From contig CADBQG010000007.1 in the NCBI GenBank assembly GCA_902796805.1, positions 61,256 through 125,255 on the forward strand: DNA of 64,000 nucleotides, written 5' to 3'. The position numbers and the translations under genes are program-made. The stretch is from an uncultured Bacteroidota bacterium. GTDB taxonomy: Bacteria > Bacteroidota > Bacteroidia > Bacteroidales > WCHB1-69. The notes below the pieces were generated by a model that saw nothing but the letters and a program-made list of their open reading frames with translations, searched no databases and had not been told where the DNA came from. Of this stretch, positions 36,833-44,200 are shown one piece after another. How positions within the stretch are numbered: the stretch's first letter is position 1; each line of letters starts with the position of its first letter.

Positions 36833-36855
36833 AGGAGAACACGCTTCCAAGCGTG
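36833..36855 (+). repeat. Copy B of the 23-nt palindromic motif AGGAGAACACGCTTCCAAGCGTG
   Basis: Identical to copy A except for one C/T difference. Confidence 0.8.
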
Positions 36856-36867
36856 TGGAATGTGGAG

Positions 36868-37002
36868 CTTAGAACTCAGAATTTAGAACTTAGAACTTAG
36901 TATTTAGAATTCAACTCCTTAACTTCTTAATTTCTTAACTACTCCTCACAAATCACTAATCACAAACAAACGAACAAACAATTAAACAAATAAACAATTA
37001 AA
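36868..37002 (+). repeat. Concatenated period-7 arrays (CTTAGAA x6, TTCTTAA-like x3, AATCAC-like x3, AAACAAT-like x6) running to the start codon
   Basis: Phased by hand: cttagaa ctcagaa tttagaa cttagaa cttagta tttagaa ... cacaaat cactaat cacaaac ... aaacaat taaacaATG. Confidence 0.75.
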
Positions 37003-37004
37003 CA

Positions 37005-37463
37005 ATGAAAAGAACGATTACCTTTTTGATGCTCCTGCTGATGGCGGGCGCGGCGATGGCGCAGGGCGAGTTCATGTGCGGCGACACCGTGCGCGACGGC
37101 AACGACAACTATATTGCCAAGGCGCTCGCGTCAGACCAACACTGGTTTGAACATGCGGACAATTGCGCTGTGGGAAACGATATTTCAGCCAACAACGCCT
37201 CAGGCTTCAATGCCATTCCGGGCGGCTATAGAATTGGCGGTTACCGTGTTGACAATCCTTCCATCTATGAACAAACCAAGAACTCCTACGGCTCAGGCAC
37301 CCTCTGTACTTATTGGACTTCAACATGCGACAGCTCAACGTACTATACCGACCCAGACCGTGTATGTGTGGTTGATGTTGATTACACCAGCAAAACGCCG
37401 TACCGGACTTGCGGGATGAAGAAATCAAACGAATACAGTGTGAAATGCCTAAGGGACAACTGA
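37005..37463 (+). CDS. FISUMP (Fibrobacter succinogenes major paralogous) domain secreted protein
   Basis: Signal peptide, then GFNAIPGGYR...YWTSTCDS...YSVKCLRDN, characteristic of TIGR02145-type domains. Confidence 0.7.
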   Translation: MKRTITFLMLLLMAGAAMAQGEFMCGDTVRDGNDNYIAKALASDQHWFEHADNCAVGNDISANNASGFNAIPGGYRIGGYRVDNPSIYEQTKNSYGSGTLCTYWTSTCDSSTYYTDPDRVCVVDVDYTSKTPYRTCGMKKSNEYSVKCLRDN

Positions 37464-37569
37464 CATTGACAGATCATATTCAGAGGGGCGGGGGCGTCGA
37501 TCTCCCGCTCCTCTTCTTTCCGCCATTTCACGAAACTTTGTCTACCTTGGCGAGTTTCTGAAAAAAATG

Positions 37570-37577
37570 TATATTTG
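37570..37577 (+). promoter_or_regulatory. Bacteroidota -7 promoter box (TATATTTG)
   Basis: TAnnTTTG 140 nt upstream of the ATG at 37718. Confidence 0.35.
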
Positions 37578-37717
37578 CATTGTGATTGATGTGGCGGATT
37601 AGGTTTTCTATATGGCACATTCTCAAACACTTAATGGCATACATACTAAGTTGAAGCTCTCTTGATTCGCCTGTTTTTTTGATAAAAAGATAGTGTAGGA
37701 TTGAAAAAAACGGTAAA

Positions 37718-38908
37718 ATGAAGATACTATTCGTAATAGACACCTATTACACGAACAACAACGGCACGAGCATTTCGGCTCAGCGTTATGCCAAGGAACT
37801 CCGAAAGCGCGGCCACGATGTCAGGATTCTGACAGCCAACGATTCAGGGGAGAACGATGTGAATCTCTTCTCGGTAAGGTACGTACACGTGCCGATTTTC
37901 CAGCCTTTGATGAACAAGCACAACTTCAACTTCGCGAAGGCCTGGGGCAAGGAGGCCGAGCAGACGATACACAGGGCTGTACAATGGGCCGACGTTGTCC
38001 ACTGTTTTCTGCCTTTCCGCCTCGAGATAGTGGCGCAGAGGTATGCCAAGGAGATCGGCAAAGTGTGCACCGGCGCCTACCACATGCAGCCGGAGAGTAT
38101 AACGGCTAACCTTGGGCTCCACAAGGTTACCCCGCTAACGAACTTCCTCTACCAGCGTTTCCGCAAATGGATGTACGACGGTTTCCAGCACGTGCATTGC
38201 CCGTCGAAGTTCATGGCCGACACGATCAGGGAACAGGGCTACAAGGCGAAGCTCCACGTCATCAGCAACGGCATACAGCAAGAGTTTATCGACGCGGGCA
38301 AACGTAATATCTCTGAATCTCGTCCCGAAACTTATGACAAATACAAGGGCAAGATATTGATAATGATGGTGGGCAGACTCACGCGCGAGAAGCAGCAGGC
38401 TCTCATAATGCGCGCCGTGCCGCACTCGAAGTACGCCGACCGCATACAGCTCGTGTTTGCAGGACGCGGCCCCATGCTCGAGAAATACGAGCGGATAGGG
38501 AAGACACTGCCCATTGAGCCGCAGTTCGTGTATGTCAAGAGAGACGAGCTCATAGAGCTGCTCTCGCAGGCCGACCTCTACGTACACGCCGCTGACATGG
38601 AGTCGGAGGCAATATCGTGCATCGAGGCCTTTGCAACCGGACTGGTGCCTGTGATAGCCAACAGCAAGCTTTCAGCCACAACGCAGTTTGCACTTGATGA
38701 ACGAAGCCTGTTCAAGGCAGGCGACGCCAAAGACCTCGCCCGCGCCATCGACTACTGGCTCGACAACACCGAGGAGCGCCTGAGGATGGAGGCCGAGTAT
38801 TCAAAATCTGCCGAAAAGTACAGCATCGACAATTCCATTACTAAGTTTGAAGAAATGTTGAATGAGGCTATATCGGATCATGAAAAGGCGAAAAATCATC
38901 AGGCGTAG
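37718..38908 (+). CDS. GT4 family glycosyltransferase (diacylglycerol glycosyltransferase-like)
   Basis: MKILFVIDTYYTNNNGTSISAQRYAKELRKRGHDV... and the EX7E-type region MESEAISCIEAFATGLVPV. Confidence 0.8.
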   Translation: MKILFVIDTYYTNNNGTSISAQRYAKELRKRGHDVRILTANDSGENDVNLFSVRYVHVPIFQPLMNKHNFNFAKAWGKEAEQTIHRAVQWADVVHCFLPFRLEIVAQRYAKEIGKVCTGAYHMQPESITANLGLHKVTPLTNFLYQRFRKWMYDGFQHVHCPSKFMADTIREQGYKAKLHVISNGIQQEFIDAGKRNISESRPETYDKYKGKILIMMVGRLTREKQQALIMRAVPHSKYADRIQLVFAGRGPMLEKYERIGKTLPIEPQFVYVKRDELIELLSQADLYVHAADMESEAISCIEAFATGLVPVIANSKLSATTQFALDERSLFKAGDAKDLARAIDYWLDNTEERLRMEAEYSKSAEKYSIDNSITKFEEMLNEAISDHEKAKNHQA

Positions 38909-40019
38909 CGTAATATCACTGCTATTCTTGGTTTTCACTGCCGCTGCCGCCGCGCAGACCCCAGCCCCGGAGTCGTTCAACATCGACTCCGCCGGTGCTG
39001 TGACTTTCCGCTATGAGAATCCCGCCGCAAAGAAGGTGAAGGTGCTGTGCGACTGTCGTCTTCACAGAAAAACTAAGACGATAAGGCGCGAAAACTACCA
39101 CCAGGCGCGCATGAGGAAATCTGCCGACGGCGTATGGTACTACACGACTCCGCCGCTCAGCCCCGAGGTCTATACCTACCACTTCTCCGTCGACGGCAAC
39201 AACATTCCAGACCCCAACAACCCCGACTCTGTGCGGGTGAGAACAGAGAAACTGAGTGTGTTCATCGTCTCCGGCACGCCCCAGTCGAACCTCTACACCT
39301 CCGACTCGCTCCGTGGCAAGGTCGATACGTTGAGCTACGAGAGCCCTACCGGCGGAAAAGACAGAAAGGTGATTGTGTACACCCCGCCGCAATACTACTG
39401 CGACACCGTGGGCTCGTTCCCTGTTCTCTATCTGCTGCACGGACTGAACGGCAACGAGGCCTCGTGGAACGACCGCGGGAGGGCGTCGCAGATTCTCGAC
39501 AACCTCATCATGAAAAAATACGCCGAACCTATCATACTCGTCATGCCCGATGCCAACCCCGAATGCCTTATCTCACAGAAGGAGAACGTGGGACTTGTGA
39601 AGAACATTTTCCTCTATCCTGCCTGGAACAAGCTCGAGTTCGAGAAGAGTTTCATCGGCATCGACTCGTTCCTCTCCACGAAGTACCGCTTTGCGGAGCT
39701 TCACGGAGGAAGGGCTGCGGCTGGACTTTCGGCCGGCGCGAAACAGGCTGCCAACCTCGCCAATATGTACGACAGCACGTTCAAGTATGTTGGACTCTTC
39801 TCGCCAGTGGTGAAGAGGAAGCAGCTTCCCAAGAGCCTCTACTCGAGATACTGGATCGGCGGCGGCACTGGCGACCTGTTCCATTTGCAGATCAACAGGT
39901 TCAGAAAAAAAATGCAGCGCAAACACATCCCGTACACCATGTACAACTCGGTGGGCGGGCATACGTGGCGCAACTGGCGCATCTATTTCTCCGAATTCGT
40001 GCAGTACCTGAAGTTCTGA
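38880..40019 (+). CDS. Esterase family protein (CE1/esterase D-like) with N-terminal Ig-like E-set domain
   Basis: Signal peptide. VIVYTPPQYY...FPVLYLLHGLNGNEASW, and GLSAGA as the nucleophile-elbow variant. Start 38880 overlaps the GT4 gene by 29 nt. Confidence 0.75.
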   Translation: MKRRKIIRRSVISLLFLVFTAAAAAQTPAPESFNIDSAGAVTFRYENPAAKKVKVLCDCRLHRKTKTIRRENYHQARMRKSADGVWYYTTPPLSPEVYTYHFSVDGNNIPDPNNPDSVRVRTEKLSVFIVSGTPQSNLYTSDSLRGKVDTLSYESPTGGKDRKVIVYTPPQYYCDTVGSFPVLYLLHGLNGNEASWNDRGRASQILDNLIMKKYAEPIILVMPDANPECLISQKENVGLVKNIFLYPAWNKLEFEKSFIGIDSFLSTKYRFAELHGGRAAAGLSAGAKQAANLANMYDSTFKYVGLFSPVVKRKQLPKSLYSRYWIGGGTGDLFHLQINRFRKKMQRKHIPYTMYNSVGGHTWRNWRIYFSEFVQYLKF

Positions 40020-40149
40020 ATAAACTTCCGTGTACAGGGGCTGTCTGTGTTCTGATAGAAGACAAATGTCCACTCTTCAAATTCCTTGGAACTCAAAAAA
40101 GTTAATAAATACGATGTTCTGCTGGTTAGACAGCACAAATATTTTTAGT

Positions 40150-41175
40150 ATGAAGAAACACAATTGCCTGATTTTAACAGTTTTCATTGCGATGGCCGTT
40201 ACGGCCGTCGCGCAAACACAGATGCCGAACAACAACTTCGAGCAGTGGACCTCAACCGACAACGGAAACGCCATACCCAAATACTGGCATTCGTTCGCCC
40301 ATGGCGACTGCCAGCTCAAGGGCATCTACTCGTGGGGCTGCGGACCTATGTTGAAGAACCACAGCAACAGGGTGTCCGGGCACAGCGGCTACGGCTGCGA
40401 GATATATGCAACCTCAATTGCCGGAAACCTCGTGAACGGCGTGATAACCACCGGACAAATGCAGTTCGCCACGCCCGACAACAAGAGCGCCGAGAACTAC
40501 AACTACACCGACAAGGACAACAAGATGGGACACAACGCTGCCATGAAGTTCACCGGCCGTCCCGACTCGGTCTATTTCTGGTGCAAGTTCGACATGAAGA
40601 AGCCGTCTAACGTTGCCATCGCGAAGTTCCACCTGCACACCAACACCTCTTACAAGGACGTTGCCGTGCATACCGCCGCCACCGCCCAGAAAGGCAAGAT
40701 TGCAAATGCCTTCTGCGACATCAAAGACCCCAACGACAAGAAATGGCACCGCTACAAATTCAAGTTCACCTACTATGACGAACAGAACAAGGTTGTGTCA
40801 TCATCTTCGCGCACACCGACATACATCCTTGCATCATTCTCCACAAACAAGATAACCAAGGGCGGCAGCAACGGCGACAAACTCATAATTGATGACATTG
40901 TAATGGTTTATAACAAGCGACTCTCATATCTGAAAATAAACGGTGAAGATATTCCTGGTTTTAATCCTGATATAACTGTTTATGATTTTTATTGTTCTGA
41001 TTATGAAGATGTTGTAGTCTCAGCAGAAGCGCAGTCGCCTCATGCTTCAGTTACAATTTACAACCCGTCTTCCGCAAACGGTATGGAAGCAAAGATAGTT
41101 GTTGTCCATGATGATGGTGAGAAAGAATACACAGTCAGATTTCATGATAATACAGAACTTCAAGCAAAAAAATAA
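40150..41175 (+). CDS. PCMD (putative carbohydrate metabolism domain) protein with C-terminal cadherin-like beta-sandwich domain
   Basis: Signal peptide MKKHNCLILTVFIAMAVTAVAQ. NNNFEQW start typical of PCMD. The C-terminal module LSYLKINGEDIPGFNPDITVYDF is visibly AT-richer. Confidence 0.6.
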   Translation: MKKHNCLILTVFIAMAVTAVAQTQMPNNNFEQWTSTDNGNAIPKYWHSFAHGDCQLKGIYSWGCGPMLKNHSNRVSGHSGYGCEIYATSIAGNLVNGVITTGQMQFATPDNKSAENYNYTDKDNKMGHNAAMKFTGRPDSVYFWCKFDMKKPSNVAIAKFHLHTNTSYKDVAVHTAATAQKGKIANAFCDIKDPNDKKWHRYKFKFTYYDEQNKVVSSSSRTPTYILASFSTNKITKGGSNGDKLIIDDIVMVYNKRLSYLKINGEDIPGFNPDITVYDFYCSDYEDVVVSAEAQSPHASVTIYNPSSANGMEAKIVVVHDDGEKEYTVRFHDNTELQAKK

Positions 41176-41213
41176 CATTATCTAAACATAATCATAAAGA
41201 TATTTGTATTTTC

Positions 41214-41237
41214 GCCCATCTTTGTATGGGCTTTTTT
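41214..41237 (+). terminator. Rho-independent terminator
   Basis: GCCCAT-ctttgt-ATGGGC hairpin followed by TTTTTT. Confidence 0.7.
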
Positions 41238-41284
41238 ATGATTTAGACTTTGGTACAATTCCTTTTAATAGTTTGCGATTTGTT

Positions 41285-44200
41285 ATGAAATTAAGAAATT
41301 GTTTCTTTATGATAATGTTGTTAACGACAAGTTTTCAGAGTTCTGCACAAACTCCAGAGGAGATTTCGAGAAAAATTACAGAAATTAAAAATATTCTCGA
41401 CAAATATGACGACAGCTACGACCGCGTGTGCCAAATCATCTCCGAGGAGATTGAACGAAGTGCAGACAATCCAGTGTACAGTTCAGTCTGGCACTGCTGC
41501 ATGGCGGATTTCTTTATGAACTACAAGGCGAACAACCTCTACAAGATTAGCAACATTACGACTCTCGGCGGCGACAAGCCAGAGGATTTCAAGGAGTGGA
41601 ATGCGAAAATGCTGACTGCCGAGGCGAAAAAGCATTTGTTCATCGCCTTGCAGAATAAGGATGAACTGTCGGCGGTGCCCGCCTCAGAATACTTGCCGAT
41701 TTTATTCAACAGCATTTATCCCCACAAAAAATCAGCGCAGTTCAAAATGGAATTGGATAAACTGACGTTGTACGACGTTGTGGCGCTGCACGCAGTCAAT
41801 TTTCTCGAAAATGAACAGAATGAATTGAAAGACAGTCAGTTCGATTTCTCACCTTGCTGGAATAATGAATCGTTCTTGAAAATTCCGATAGAAGTTTCAG
41901 TTGACGGAACGCGTACAGAAAACATACTCGCTCTTTACCAGGATATGACGTTGTTCCATTCTGTCAGGGAGAACCATGCAATTGTCGCCAAACTGACGCT
42001 TTCGAGACTTGAATTCATAGCCTCGGTGTCAACAGGGTTAGACAGCGACACGTATATCGACATTCTCACGGAGTGCCGCGACGCATTTCCGAAAGGCACG
42101 GCCAGCTGCATTACCTTCAAATTGGCAGAACTTCATTCAGCAAGGGCTATAGATCAAGCCATGGCGACTAATCACGTGCAAAGCAACGACCTTGTGAAGG
42201 CTGTTGAACTCTACATGGAAATTGTTGCCGGCGGCGATACGGAATTCCTTTCCGCCGCGAAAGAGAACCTCAAAACAATACAAACCCCGAAGATTTCGCT
42301 CGAGACCTTTGTTGAGCCAGTCGGAGTGGGTAGGGAGTCGTTCTGCATTCTTAAACACAAGAACATCTCAAAAGCCTCGCTGAAAGTCATAAAAGTCCCG
42401 GCGTCAATGGAACGGGCCATTTCGGAAGACCCGCATCTGGCGCAGAAAAACCTGCAGACCCTGCTGGCTTCCAATCCTGTATATGAGAAGCAGCTTACAC
42501 TTGAAAACAACCGCGACTACGCGACACACACGGCATTCGAGATATTGCCCGGACTCGGCGCGGGAACCTATATGCTGGTCGTTTCCAAGCAAAAGGATCT
42601 ACACTCGGATCCAAACCCATGTTACTCTGTATTCCAGGTTACGGACATCCATCTGTCATACAGGGAAGAGCAGGACAACGTGGTTAGATTCATGGCAGTG
42701 AACAGGGTTACCGGCAAGCCTATTAACGGTGCCAGAATCAGTCTGAAGAACAAAGGTACTGCCACCACACTGACAACCGGCAAGGACGGCATGGCTGCAT
42801 TCAAACTGAGCAAGGGACATAACACTGCGGACGCTGTGTCAGTAAGATGGGACGGGCAGGTGTTGTATTGCAGGGACTTCCATGCCTACGCTGTGGAAAG
42901 TGCAAGCAACAAGACTGAAGTGTGCCGTTTCTTTACAGACAGGAGTTTGTACCGTCCCGGCCAGACAGTGCATTTCAAGGGACTTATGGTTGAGAATGTC
43001 TCCGACAACGGAGGATCGGCATATACCAAATTGCTGTCAGGCAGGGTGGTTGAGGTTGAATTGTATGACGCGAACCACCAGGTTGTGAGGCGCGACACCT
43101 TCACCACCAATGAATACGGCTCTTTTAGCGGCGGTTTCGAGCTGCCGCTGGGAGGGATTACCGGGATTTTCAGCGTGGCGGTGAACGGACGGAACGTCTA
43201 CGGCTTCAATGTTGAGGAGTATAAACGGCCGTCGTTTGAGGTCAGAATTGACAGTCCCGAAGGGAAATGTGAACTTGGAGGGAAAGTAACAGTGAATGGA
43301 GTGGCGGAGGCTTTCGCCGGTTATCCCATAGCAGGTGCCGAGGTGAAATACACGGTGCGCAGGAGGATATCCCATGCGTGGTGGGATCGCTATAATATAG
43401 ACGACAGAATCGTGGCCGCCGGAGAGACAACAACAGATGAGGACGGAAACTTCAGCATATCTTTCGTGGCAGAGAGCCTTTCTGGAAAAGACAGGAACAA
43501 GATCCATATCTTCGAGATCGAGGCATCGGTAACTGACATAAACGGCGAAACCCGTCAAGCAATCTCAAGCATAAGGCTTTCAGAAAAAAGCCTGCTGATA
43601 AATTGCATTATCGACAGCGAAATTGAAAAAAAATCGTCGGATAACTTGTTCGAGGTGTCGCTCCTGAACCTTTACGGCAAGCGACAGAGCGGGGTGGTGG
43701 AGTACGAAATCCTCAAGTTAAAAACACCCGGAAAGTTTCTTCACGGAATATCGGTAGGCTCATGCCCAAAGGCTTCTGACGAAATGCGCCAAAAATTCCC
43801 CTATATAGCCTTTGAAGGAGAGAATGAAAAGGAAAAATGGGAGGAGTCGCATATTTACAAAGGGACACTTCCCGTGGAAAAAGACGGGACGACGTTTTTC
43901 GCTCTCCATTCACTTGAGAAGATGAAGAGCGGTTATTACAAAATTGTTTTCAGGTCAACTGACTCTTCAGGGAAAGTGGTCGAAGAGAGTGTTATAACAC
44001 ACGTGTACAGCAAAAACGACAGGGAATGCAGTGGATACGACGCTTTGTGGGTCAATGTCCCGGGCAGTGTGAGAGCCGGAAGAAAAGTCGGCGTGGAACT
44101 CGGCTCATATCTCGAGAAGGCAAGCGTGTTTTGCGAAATATCACTCAACGACTCGGTGCTGGTGTCGAGGTGGTTCGAGTTGGAAAAAGGAATGGTTGAG

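Noticed and set aside
36868-37002. Possible CRISPR array or phase-variable simple-sequence repeat
   Set aside because: - Not CRISPR: the period is 7 nt, with no unique spacers and no cas genes.
- Not classic slipped-strand phase variation: the units are too degenerate.
39134-40105. 323-aa alternative-frame ORF inside the esterase gene
   Set aside because: The sequence is extremely Arg/Pro/His-rich, and the esterase frame carries the recognisable esterase motifs.
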